Below are positions 45,209 through 56,100 of a stretch of 64,000 nucleotides of DNA, piece after piece. Source of the DNA: Epithemia pelagica (taxonomy: Eukaryota > Protista > Bacillariophyta); assembly GCA_946965045.2 (NCBI GenBank), contig OX337233.1, forward strand, positions 1,302,001-1,366,000, read 5' to 3'. A program made the position numbers and the translations under genes. Under the pieces are notes generated by a model that ran no database searches, had not been told where the DNA came from, and was given only the letters and a program-made list of their open reading frames with translations. Within the stretch, counting starts at the first letter, position 1. Each line of letters opens with the position of its first letter.

Positions 45209-47977
45209 TCATTCTTCCTTGGTGTTGTTATTGTTCTTGGCTTTCTTAGAGGGTAGACGTGCTTGGATGTTCTTCACTTGGCTTTCCACAGCGTCGACTT
45301 TTCTTTTGGCCTGCTGAGCGTCTGACAATGCTTTCTTCACATCATCCACAATGGGATTGACATCGTCGTGGAAACTCACGACATCCAACAGGAAATGCGT
45401 CAACATGGGGCCAACCTTCGGATGGTTCTTGAATTGATGCTCGACAAATTCTTTCTGAAGACGATGAGCCTGCAAGGTGGCCCACAACAAGTCCGGAGCC
45501 CGTTCCCGCGACGTGGCTTGGTTGATGGTGATTTCGCTACACGCCCGTCTTGGCAGACTTATCACTTCGAAAACGATGCGGGTGATGTTCTGGACAAGGT
45601 CCCAGCGTCTTGTTTCGGAGAGATTAGTGTCCGAGCCATAATCTTCGACTTGATCCTTCATGTATATGAAGAGCGTGTCTAAGAAACTCTTGGCATCAGA
45701 AAGTAAGTAACGAGCGATCACCTTGGCGTCCCGGGACATGGAGGACGTCTCAATCTCAGACATAAGAGCTGGGTACTTGTCGGAGATCATCTTTCGAATT
45801 GCATTGGCTGTACCTGAATCTCGCGATCCTGACCCCTTGAATTTCTCGTACGTTTCAACTTTACTCAACTTCCTAGGGCTTGCTCTGGCTTGATCGGGAG
45901 TTCCAGCCAATGCCGTGGGGGCAACCAGCTGGAAAGAGTATACTGCTTTTTGATCACTGGCGCGTTCCATGTTTGACCGCTGGCCGCGATAATGTACATC
46001 CACGTTTTCGGAGAAACTTTGCGAACCCGTGGTGCACATCTCCATAAGCGCCATGGCGTCTACGAATTTCAAAGCCTCCGTCGTGACGCTGTTGGAGGAC
46101 ACGAACGCCGCTACGTGCGATAACGAGGTGAACTTGAACCCCTCGACTTCGACAGTTTGGCTCTCCGTTCGGGCCTCCAAGTCTTGGATTCGGACTCGAT
46201 TGTTCTGGAACTCCTCCTCCAATTTACTAACCAACTTGCGGACTTCCACTACTTCGTCTTGCGTGAGATTGAACATGGAGGTCTGGCCTCCCGTGCTTCC
46301 TGCGGCTTGGACCGCCGCTGCAGTTGTATTTCGAATATGATGCTCAAAGTCGGTGAGCCCTCCTTTGAGAAAGAACTTCTCTGCGACCTTGAGGGTTGGA
46401 GAAGTTTTGGACAACTCGGCCCATATGGCCTTGTTGACCTGTTCGGTGATTAAAGCAACAAATTCCTTGCGAGACGAGTGCATGGCCTCATTCTTCAAAG
46501 AGTGCATGCGAGACTGCAGCGCGTCGATGGATGCGTACATCCTTTTGAAACTTTCACCGTGGAGCGCCTGGCTTTCGTGAATGGCTTGCAACAGCGCAGG
46601 ACTGATCTTTTTCTCTTCCTGGCCAGAGTCATCGGGTGGTGCACCCAACAATCCACTGAGTACGTTGACCTTGTCAACAAGAACGTTAATCAACTGGTTC
46701 TGTTCTCCTTGACGGATCCGCATAGCGGCCAATTCTGCGGCAGTGGCACGATGGATGTGTGCGGTAGCAACCGTATTCTGGGTCACTTTCTGCTTGAAGG
46801 TCGTATCGTCCAAGTCTTGACCCAAATCTTCCAATTCACTTTCCTCGATGGGCGACGGTACCTCCACTGCTTCCAACTCGAGCCTCTTGGCTGGTGTAAA
46901 GGCCGTGAAGGTGGCGTCTTGTTGGATTTCCTCGAGGGTCTTGTGCTTCAATGGAGTAGCAGGACCTGGATTCATCAAGGTCGTGTCCTGACCTTGAGTA
47001 TCTCCACTCAACATGGCGAACATGGAGGACCAGAGCCAAACTGGTTTAAGAGCCCGCGTCATTTCTTGGAGTTTCGACTTGGGCAACTTGGTAGCGTCCA
47101 AAAAGGGGTCCTGAAAAGCTAGCTGCGTAGCGGAACTCGCTGACCCAGTTTTCGGCGTGGGTACCCGAATAAACAAACACTGTTGGAGACCCTGATCCCG
47201 GAGACCACCAGTAAGGGATACAGCCTTGCGATGCGACTTGGTACTGCACCGGCCAAAGGGCTGAATGCAAAACTTTCCAGCTACGCCAACAACGGCTCCA
47301 CAAACAGACTCGTTCGACACATCCAACACAACAAGAGACACAGAATTTTGTAAATCGTTAGTAACACTAGTAGTTGGCTCACCATTAGTGGTAGAGGACT
47401 TCGCATCTCCTTGAAACTTCACGCGGCTGCCCGCAGACGGAGCATCATAATCCACGAACTGAGACGTGTCTCGGGCGCCCGTTTCATGTGTATCCAAACT
47501 GGCAGGCTTGAGAACACGTGGATCAGTCTTAACCCAGTTGCGACGAGACGCAGCGTTAACACTTGCGACGTCCGCCGCAGTAACTGCGGACTGCGAGCGA
47601 GACTCGGCGGTCAACGTGGCCGTCATGAGATCGGTCTCAGTAAGTCCGTCCAAAGAGAAAGATTCGCGAATCGCCGTGGCATCAGCGTTCGTTTCCGCGA
47701 GGAGCTGGTCCCCGAACGACCGAACCGATGGCACCGAAACAAACTCCCCCCCCGTATCACCGCCAGGAAGCGCAGCAAAGCTGCGAGCAGTTACACCAGG
47801 ATCCCGCGAGGCCGAAACACCCACCCCCAAGCCGAAATCCGAGAACGCCGTAGCTAGGTCAGGAGGACCAGCAGGCGGAGCGGGAGGCGGACCAGGCACC
47901 GGAGAGTCACGCGAACGAGACGAGACGCGGGGATCGCGATAAAGCGACGCACAAGCGGAAAAACCAGAAGACGACAT
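45209..47977 (-). CDS. gag-like ORF1 of the DIRS-like element
   Basis: Long ORF in the gag position with probable ATG at 47977; Cys/His motif CGAVVGVAGKFCIQPFGRCSTKSH; coiled-coil segments. Confidence 0.8.
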   Translation of the reverse strand: MSSSGFSACASLYRDPRVSSRSRDSPVPGPPPAPPAGPPDLATAFSDFGLGVGVSASRDPGVTARSFAALPGGDTGGEFVSVPSVRSFGDQLLAETNADATAIRESFSLDGLTETDLMTATLTAESRSQSAVTAADVASVNAASRRNWVKTDPRVLKPASLDTHETGARDTSQFVDYDAPSAGSRVKFQGDAKSSTTNGEPTTSVTNDLQNSVSLVVLDVSNESVCGAVVGVAGKFCIQPFGRCSTKSHRKAVSLTGGLRDQGLQQCLFIRVPTPKTGSASSATQLAFQDPFLDATKLPKSKLQEMTRALKPVWLWSSMFAMLSGDTQGQDTTLMNPGPATPLKHKTLEEIQQDATFTAFTPAKRLELEAVEVPSPIEESELEDLGQDLDDTTFKQKVTQNTVATAHIHRATAAELAAMRIRQGEQNQLINVLVDKVNVLSGLLGAPPDDSGQEEKKISPALLQAIHESQALHGESFKRMYASIDALQSRMHSLKNEAMHSSRKEFVALITEQVNKAIWAELSKTSPTLKVAEKFFLKGGLTDFEHHIRNTTAAAVQAAGSTGGQTSMFNLTQDEVVEVRKLVSKLEEEFQNNRVRIQDLEARTESQTVEVEGFKFTSLSHVAAFVSSNSVTTEALKFVDAMALMEMCTTGSQSFSENVDVHYRGQRSNMERASDQKAVYSFQLVAPTALAGTPDQARASPRKLSKVETYEKFKGSGSRDSGTANAIRKMISDKYPALMSEIETSSMSRDAKVIARYLLSDAKSFLDTLFIYMKDQVEDYGSDTNLSETRRWDLVQNITRIVFEVISLPRRACSEITINQATSRERAPDLLWATLQAHRLQKEFVEHQFKNHPKVGPMLTHFLLDVVSFHDDVNPIVDDVKKALSDAQQAKRKVDAVESQVKNIQARLPSKKAKNNNNTKEE

Positions 47978-48266
47978 GGGGGCGATGGCAGGGTGTGACA
48001 GCAAAAACAAAAACAGATGATCGTCAGCCAAGAGATACAATACCTGCAACGTAAAGCACCTTCAATCAAACAATCAACCTGAGAGACAGTGACTCTATCG
48101 ATCTCACTCCCAACCACAACTCTGGATCTTTCGCATAGAGATACTTCAAGATGACCAGAATCGCATTGGGCGTGATCTTCGTCTTTTCGTCAAGTGTCAG
48201 TCGATGCGTACGTCATTTCATCTTCTTCATATCGATCGCCATATTAGCAGAGGCACATGTAGTACT

Positions 48267-48563
48267 GGGATCTGTCTGTTTCTGTCGCTGGTTTTTTATG
48301 GTGAGATTTGATTGGACAGGAAGAGAGTTCGAATTAGGCCCTGTCCCCCAACCGCGGGGGATTCGTCATTCCTCATTTAACTCCCTCCACGAAAAATGAT
48401 CACTATAGACATTAGTGTAATCAAGATATACCAAGACTAAAAATTGGCGACGGTTATATCGGTTTCCCGTTAGGAAGTGGAATCCCTCATCCTATGGCAA
48501 GTCCTTCCTTTCCCCTTCCCTTTCCCCCTTCGCCTGCCTGGCCCCCCCCAAAGTCGGGGGGAG
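48267..48563. repeat. ~300-bp direct repeat R2
   Basis: Matches 24936-25239 in the same orientation. Confidence 0.92.
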
Positions 48564-49322
48564 CTCTGGAGATTCCTACAATAGAGAGTTAGTCTGTGGT
48601 CTCAGTCTCAAGAAGCAGACAATTGGTCGTCCGTTTTCTCTTCAGAGAACAGATTGACTATTGGTTATTGGTTGCTGCTCCATGTCCTTGTTGCATATCT
48701 TGGAAACCAAGGGAATTTGGACTAGATTGGAGAGAAACTCACACACTCTTGAGAAAGAGGGTAAGGAACAGCGTCATTCACCCCAGAGCATATTGTAGAC
48801 TAGCCCGTAGGCCGAATCTCATGTCTCATGGCACATGGGACATGGGACATGGGACCAAGCCCAAACAACGTTGTAGTTTGTAGTCGTGAAGCATCTAACA
48901 TACAAGTCCATTCACTTTTTTTCTGTATCTGATGCAAATGCAAATGAAGAGCGTCGACGTTCGACGTGTACTTAGAGTTCATGTATCCTCTTCGCAACTA
49001 CAACAACAGCTCGCGCACTCGTGCATGTTGTCGCAGGTGAGAAGGATATGGGCAATCGTCTGTGAAAAAGACAAGTACCCAGTCGCGCACTGGTATCATA
49101 CGCTGTCAAAAGGAGTATCGCTACTGTTGAGATACAAAATATACTAACGTCTGAAATTCATAAACATCACTCGCTGGGATTTATTTGGGGGCCCCTTTCT
49201 GGCGAAATCTGCACCCAACATCTTCAATATAATAATTGTCTTGTCGACTTTGTTTCATTTTTTTGTTCTTCACGCGGAACGAACATCATCAATACACCAA
49301 CAGCAACAGCAACACCAACAAG

Positions 49323-50098
49323 ATGCAAACCGATCGCCAGGATGACGAGGAAGAGTTTGACGATGAGTACGACCGTCATCGAGAACCGTCCGCCTCTCAA
49401 GTCATGTTGCCATCCATCAAGGAATCGGATCGCTTCACGTCCGAGGATCGTGTCGCGTTGCTCAATATGGGTGTCTTAAGCACTATTGCCGTTGCCGTCA
49501 ATATCATTGCTGGGCTTCTTGGATGGATTGGATTGAAGATTGTCCTTTATTTTGTCCTTTTGGCGGTCGTGGGACCCGTCTTTCGTTTTGCCTATTTGTT
49601 GGTCGTCGGACCCGTCTCTTTTTGTCAGGCCATGTGTTGTGAGTTCAAGGGGATCATTTATTTGGTCGACACACCTCGCAACGAGACCTGTCCTTCCTGT
49701 GGTTCCGGACCACTACGAAACCTACACGGACATCGACATCGAACTTCCGTGGAATGGTACAAGGAAAAAAGCAGTCGACAGCGGGAATGGATTCCCAAAC
49801 TCCATTGTCGTAAGTGTGGCTACAAGGCCAACCGTGTGGCAGCCACTGCTGTACGTTCGACCCGAACCCGTGCGGCGAATGCGTCACGTTCGACCCGAAC
49901 CCGTGCGGCGCGTACGAAACGTCCCCGAAACCCGTCCAAGGCCAAAAAGCAACAAAAATCGCAGGATGGCAAGGCAGACTACGCAACTGTCCCAGTGGTG
50001 GAACCACGATTGTTGCCCTCCCCGACGATGCTTCCACGAGTACTAAGGTACAGCAGGACTCTGTGGTGGAAATGACAACGGTACAAAACATTGTCTAA
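49323..50098 (+). pseudogene. Membrane protein with zinc ribbon (paralog 2), frameshifted near the C-terminus
   Basis: Homologous to 22762..23550. A 1-bp deletion near 50003 (gaagcc to gaacc) moves the conserved C-terminus VVEMTxxQNIV into another frame; this could also be a sequencing error. Confidence 0.7.
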
Positions 50099-50668
50099 GG
50101 CAAAACGGATTTCAGTTTGCGGGTGGATGATGAGAAACCATGAAGGATTGGACAATGCATACTTGAGTATTCTTGAAAGGATAGCTTTGTATTTTTTGAA
50201 GTGGATGACTGTACTCGTTCTAGGTAGATGAATCCGTCGAGTCCGATTGTATGATCAGCTCCATACTAAATAGATGGGTTTCGTGATATGATGATACAAC
50301 AACTGGAAGGAATAGCCCGTATTAGGGCTGCAGAAAAACAATTCATCTTGTAGCCTCGTTTCATACAAGTACATCTATCAATCCATTTACATGCTATTAT
50401 TATTCACTCGCAATACCTGGTTCCTTCCGAGAAAGACCGACAGACAGACAGAGCCAGAGTCCCAATGTCAAGCCCAGCATTCGGGCGGGTACGTAGGTTC
50501 GTTCTATTTAGATAGCGAATTGGTTTTCGTTCGGTTCGCTTCATTCATGGATACGCAGCAGAGAGCGGAGAGCGGTGAACCTGAAACGATACAGGACGAA
50601 TGTCGCTGAAGTTTGCCAAGAATCCTGTTTGCTCTTGTTGTTGTCTGTTTCGTGGCAAGTTCTTTACT

Positions 50669-52187
50669 TCAACGGCGAGAAGGGTTTCGATACGGTCGTT
50701 GCAACCAGACATGATCCAAGACGGTCCCAGCATCATCACCACCACCAACACTCTCGTCCTCGGTGGGTGAGGAGGATGACGACGAATCTGGATCGGCCAC
50801 CTTGACAAATTCAAACAAGAGCGAGGTGGCATTGGCCACCGTGATTCGTCCATATCCATACGTATGTTCAATGGATGCCACAGTCCATTCCGTTTCGTAC
50901 AGGTCTACATCGTCCAATCGTCCTCCTGCCGTTCCGAAGGTAATATGCGTCGGTCCCCCATACTCGTGGGTCGTGTCGTGACAGTGACTTCGAAACAGGC
51001 CATCGCAGGTTCGCAAATAGGCATGGTAATGACCCGAAACGACCAAATCGACTTGGTAATCAAACAAGAGATTTTCAATTTCATAGCACATTCCAATACC
51101 CACGGCATTTTGGTCCCAAAATTCTTCCGATTGATACAAGGGACGATGCATTTCGACAATGACCCAGGGCGTTTGCGATCGATCCACGCCGCGAGACAAA
51201 TCGGCCAAGGCCCAGGTATATTGAGGAGATCCAAACGACAAGTCATGTTCGGACGACAAGACAATGGTATGGACATTTCCAAAATCATGAGAATACCAAA
51301 AGACACCATTGCTGGGAGGAAGAAGGGAGGCATCCTCGTTTCGCTGGGGCATGGTAAATCGTTTGGTGGTGGGGACTCCACATTCTCCCCCACTGTCATT
51401 TTCAAAGTTGCCCCAGGCGGGATGAAATCCATTGTACTCGGAATCTGGAACGTCGTTGGAGGAATGTCCATTCTCATGGTTGTTGTTGGTGTGGTGGTGG
51501 TGGTGGTGGTGGTGGTACCGAGAACTGCTCGGGGGAGGAACCACCACGGACGGATCCTTCGTTCCTCCCGTCAAGTAATCGTATTCATGATTGCCCACGG
51601 AGGTTCCATACACCACCACGGCCACCATGGCATTGGTCAATCCGGCATGACCGGAACGAGTTGAAAAGGACACCACCATTTCCGATGGATTTGATGTTCC
51701 ACTCAAGTGAATCCCAAAGGGAGATGTGACGGACGTGATATGAATCGGTGCCGTGGTGGCCAGGTAATGCAGTTCCACCGAGCCCTTGTCGTGGTTGTCG
51801 GCGTCGTCGTTGGCGTGCTTCGGAAATGTATTCTTTTTGCTCTTCATCTTTCTCTTCTTTTGCTGATACAAGAGGAATTGACAGTGTGAAAAGCGGTACA
51901 CGGAAAAGTGAGGAATGTGCCATGTTCCTGAATTCCAAACCGAGGAATTCGTCGAGTGTGGCGACGACGAAAAGAGGGAACCCAACCGTCGTTGTTGTGC
52001 ATTGCCCGATGAGGTTGCTTGTGGTTGTTGTCCTTGTTGTGTGGTTTGTTTGTACTCATGTGTGGCACGAATTTGTGCCAGAAGGTTCCCACTTCCAACA
52101 GTTGCCGTGTACTCTGTAAAACGGACCGTGGGTGGACAAACTCTTCGTTGTCGTCCTCCTCCTCCAGTTGCCAACAATACAAGGCCA
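50669..52187 (-). pseudogene. Purple acid phosphatase copy, 5'-truncated with a 588-bp in-frame internal deletion
   Basis: Retains GNHEYD, MHRP and GHYH but lacks the GDQG and GDLSY motifs present in the 61831 copy. Homology to that copy stops at 52187. Confidence 0.88.
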
Positions 52188-52940
52188 CCGATGCATGATA
52201 GTTAGGTAGTCCTCGCCCTGCATTATGTGCAGGGCTGTATCCCCAGCGTGGGTGGATTTTAGGGTGTAATTTCTTGAGACTACAGCCTCAAAATCACACC
52301 CTCTGGGGGGTAGCAGGGCCGATGCGTCGGTCGACGGTACCCCACGCGTCAGCGTTAAAATAGACTACACCTTTTTTATTTTTTAATAATGACCATGCTA
52401 CCTAGGGGGAAGGTCGAACTTGAAGCGGGAAGGTCGAACGTGCCGAACGTGCCGAACGGAGTATGAGCCTGGAACGCAAGAAAGCCAAACTTAACCCTGG
52501 TGATGAAATAGAGACGATGGAATTAGCAGATGATGCATCAGCCGCAGCTGCTCAAGGAGTAACTTCGATCTCCTTGATTTCTCCAGAAACTAGACAGACT
52601 TCAAACAGAGACGCGTTGTTACGTTTGCGGCCGATTGTGCTCGGTTTGCAAGACAACAGCTACGACGACTTATGTCGAAGCCTAGGTGGGATGAGAGATT
52701 TTCTTCAGGTGACCTCAGTTTCGCGAGACAAAGGGGAAATCTCGAATGTGCTCTCAACAATCTACATCGAGCTGAGGAAGCTTGAAGCGGCAAGTGTTCC
52801 AACGGAGGGAGACGGTCCTGTTGACGAAAAGTATCGAAATACAGCGATTGAGATTCGGAATGCGATTCTTTTCTCCAACTTAGAAGAGATTCCTGGTGGT
52901 GATGGAGTCAAGTTTTATCAAGGGTTTGTTCCAAACCTTC

Positions 52941-53152
52941 TGTTGAAATCCAACTGTCGTCCCCGTATAGTTGGATGGGCTAAAAGCGCTGAAATTAAAA
53001 GGGGAAAAGAGTATTATAACGTTACGTTGACGGTGTCCCTTAGCGATGTGTTGGTGAGTGATTGGTAGGGTACGTCAGGCGGAAAGTGCCAGTTGATGAC
53101 GTGTGCTTCTGGGGGATGTCCCCGAAGCACCGGGTGACCCAATATCTTCACA
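52941..53152 (-). repeat. 3' LTR of Copia-2
   Basis: No difference from 59166-59377 on manual comparison. Confidence 0.97.
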
Positions 53153-53189
53153 CTCCCTCTCACTTTTCGTCCCTGGTGCTCTTTGCTGA

Positions 53190-56100
53190 TCACCAACCGA
53201 GGACCCGTTTGCGTAGCCGCCTTAGCACATCCACTGCAAGTGGCTTGGTGAGATAGTCCGCCAATTGGTTTGTTGTGTCTACCGCATGTATGGATATCTT
53301 CCCTTCTTCCACGTAGGATCGAAAGTGATGCAATTTGACATTGAGATGTTTGGTGCGTGGTCTGAACTTGTAGACTCGCGCCATCTCCAATGCCCCGCTG
53401 TTGTCTTCGAATACCTTACAATGCACTTCCGCTTTGGTGGAGTGTATTTGGATTTGTTGCTCCTTCATCTCTTCGAGGAGTCGCATGAGTGGGATTGCGG
53501 CTCTGAGGGCGTACGAAAGTCCCGTGTACTCGCTCTCCGTCGAACTCAATGCGATTTCTGTCTGGAGCTGTGACTTCCATATGACGGGGCAGCCCATGTA
53601 ACGGATTATGTATCCGTGACGCGAGCGCGCCGTGTCCCTGTCTGTGCTTGCCGTCTCCTTATTCCAGTTCCCCGCGAAGTCGGCGTCGACGTACACCTCC
53701 AGCCCCAGTGCTGGGTTTGGGTGGAATGTCATTCCTTGCTCTCGAGTCCCTTTTAGGTATCTCGCTATCCATCTTACTGCCTCGCCGTGTGGTTTGCGTG
53801 GGTTGGACGCAAAGCGAGCGCATTGATGTGTCGCGTATGAGATGTCGCTCCTGGAACCTGCTTCCAGATAATTCAACATCCCTACTATTGAGCGGTAGTT
53901 GAATGACTCGTCGAAAGCTGGCTCGTCAAGGTGGCGATGCAAGATCTTTGATGACGCCATGGGATTGTCTTTCGTAGTTGTGTTGTCCTTGAAGTGAAGG
54001 GCCTGCAGTATCTTTTGGATAAGGTGCGGCTGTGCGAATGTGATTCGTCCATCAGCATGTTTGGTGATGTTTACGCCGAGAAAATCCTTTATGTTGCCTT
54101 CCACAGTGATGTTGAGCTTCGCCGCTTTGAGGTCGGCGATTACTTGGTCAATCTCCTGTTGGTTTGGCCCACAGAGGATGCTGTCGTCTGTGTACAGTAC
54201 GTACACCACTGAGCCACGGTAGAAAACACATTCGTCTATGGATGATTTGGTGAACCCCACATCCTGTACCAATCTCCTCGATAAGTGTTGGTACCATACT
54301 CTCCCGGCCTGTTTTTGGCCATATAAGTTGGCGTGGAGCTGTAGGGCGTAGTCCGTTTTGGATTTGCCTCCTTCCAGTTCATAGCCCCGGGGAATCTCCA
54401 TATAGACCTCCCGTTCTACTGGCGCCTGTGGATATGCCAGTACGTAGTCAATTTGCGTCGTGTGCCAGTTGAAGGCCGACACCAGCGCTAGCACGAGTCG
54501 AATTGATGCCCAGTTGGCCACGGGTGCATACGTTTGGTCGTAATCACGCCCTTTCTCCATACGTGAGCCGTCGAAGTTCAGCCTTGCCTTGTGTGCTTTT
54601 ATGTCTCGCGTGATGATGTCGCGTTTTCGTTTCATCTGCCACACTGCTTTGAAGATTTTTGTCCCTTTGGGGATCTTGCTTCGATGCACAATCGAGAAGT
54701 TCCCATCCTCCATTTGTCGGTCCATTTCCTTTTGCATCCCCTGCACGAACTGGGCGCTATCTTCCTGCGCCATCGCCTCGTGATGATACATCGTATCGGG
54801 GTCGGAAATGGCCGCTTTGAAGGCTATCGGGTTCAGCTTTGATTGTTGCTTGGTGGCTTTCTTTCGTTTCTTGCTCTCTTTTGCTCGCTCTTTCGCGGCC
54901 TCGTGCTTGATCATGGTCTTGTAGGCCAATAGCCCGTCCTCGGCCACCATGTCATCTTGAGGGCAGAGGGTGGCGTAGGTGAATATTTCGCCTGGGATTG
55001 TTTCCTCGTCCTCTGTTTCAGCGCTCATCACCTCGATGAGTCGTTGTGTGGGCTTCCTGATCCTTCCGGATCGGGTGCGAATGGTTGGTGTCTGGGGAGG
55101 AGCACTCGTCTGCTCCCTCTGACTTTGCACTTCTCTCTTTTCCTGGCTAGTCGCTGGAGTCTGTTGTGCGGTTTCAAATTGTTCCATGGTCAGGTCTCCC
55201 TCTTGCGGCAGCGTCCCGTCCTGCATTGGGTCATGATCCTTTTGTTGTTGTTGTTGAGTGTTAGTTGCGCGCGTTCCCAGTTCCATTCCAGGTGCGGCTC
55301 CCTCTTGCCGCCGGCTTCTCTTTGCCGTTTTCCTTGGTTTGGGTTGCTGGTCCTTTTTCCCATTCGCCTTTCCTGTCGCCGTCTTGAAAAACGTGCTGAC
55401 TTGCCAGTTTGCTTCCACCCTTTCTTGTTTCATCGTATCGAAGCCCTTATCGAACCGTACGTGAAACTGTGGGCTTACGTGTCCTGTGTGGCGATGCAAC
55501 ACTAGGGCCACGTTTCGGTTGTGGATTGGGGATTGGCCTAGGTAGATGCCAATTCGTGCTCTCTCCTTCCATTTGTGGTGCGGCTTTCCGGACTGCAGCG
55601 CCTCGCTCAACACGTACACTGGACAGCCGAATGGTTTCCAATGTTTTCGGTTGATGTTGACGGGCGTCTGTGCGAAAAGTTGGATTGGTGCTTGCTTTGA
55701 TGAGTGCTGCATGTTCGGTGAGTTGTTGATGCAGAGGTTTGCTTGGCGCAGTGCGTACGGCCATAGGTGTGCCGAGATGGCCTCTGGCCAGCGCTTGTGT
55801 GCGTGCATCAGCATCGTCCGTGCCATCTCTTGTAGCTCCCGAATCCGCCGTTCCGCCTTTCCGTTGGCGTGGTGTGCTCCAACTGCTGCGAAGGTGAGTT
55901 CTTGTCCGTCCCTCTCGCAGCTTTGGACCCATGCTTTCGCCTTGAAAATTCCATTGTCCGCGTGGTACGCCTCAATCTTGACTCCACGGTTGAGTGCGTA
56001 CCGCTCGAATGCCTTCTTGCCCTGGATCGTTTCGGCCGCTGTCGCTGTGCGTTGCAGATACACGAATCCAAGGGACGTTGCTTGGTCCACATAGACCGTT

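Larger units (their letters stand above)
39710..48260 (-). mobile_element. DIRS-like tyrosine-recombinase retrotransposon (termini approximate)
   Basis: gag-like ORF, RT-RNase H-MTase-like ORF and an overlapping tyrosine recombinase ORF in DIRS order. Terminal repeats were not identified. Confidence 0.9.
49036..52187 (+). repeat. Segmental duplication, copy B
   Basis: The left part matches 22505-24020; the right part (50223-52187) matches 61389-63932 apart from a 588-bp deletion. Confidence 0.88.

Noticed and set aside
52941-53256. C-terminal extension of ORF 52463..53068 and the duplicated peptide VGYVRRKVPVDD
   Set aside because: These are translations of the Copia-2 LTRs, not a gene duplication.
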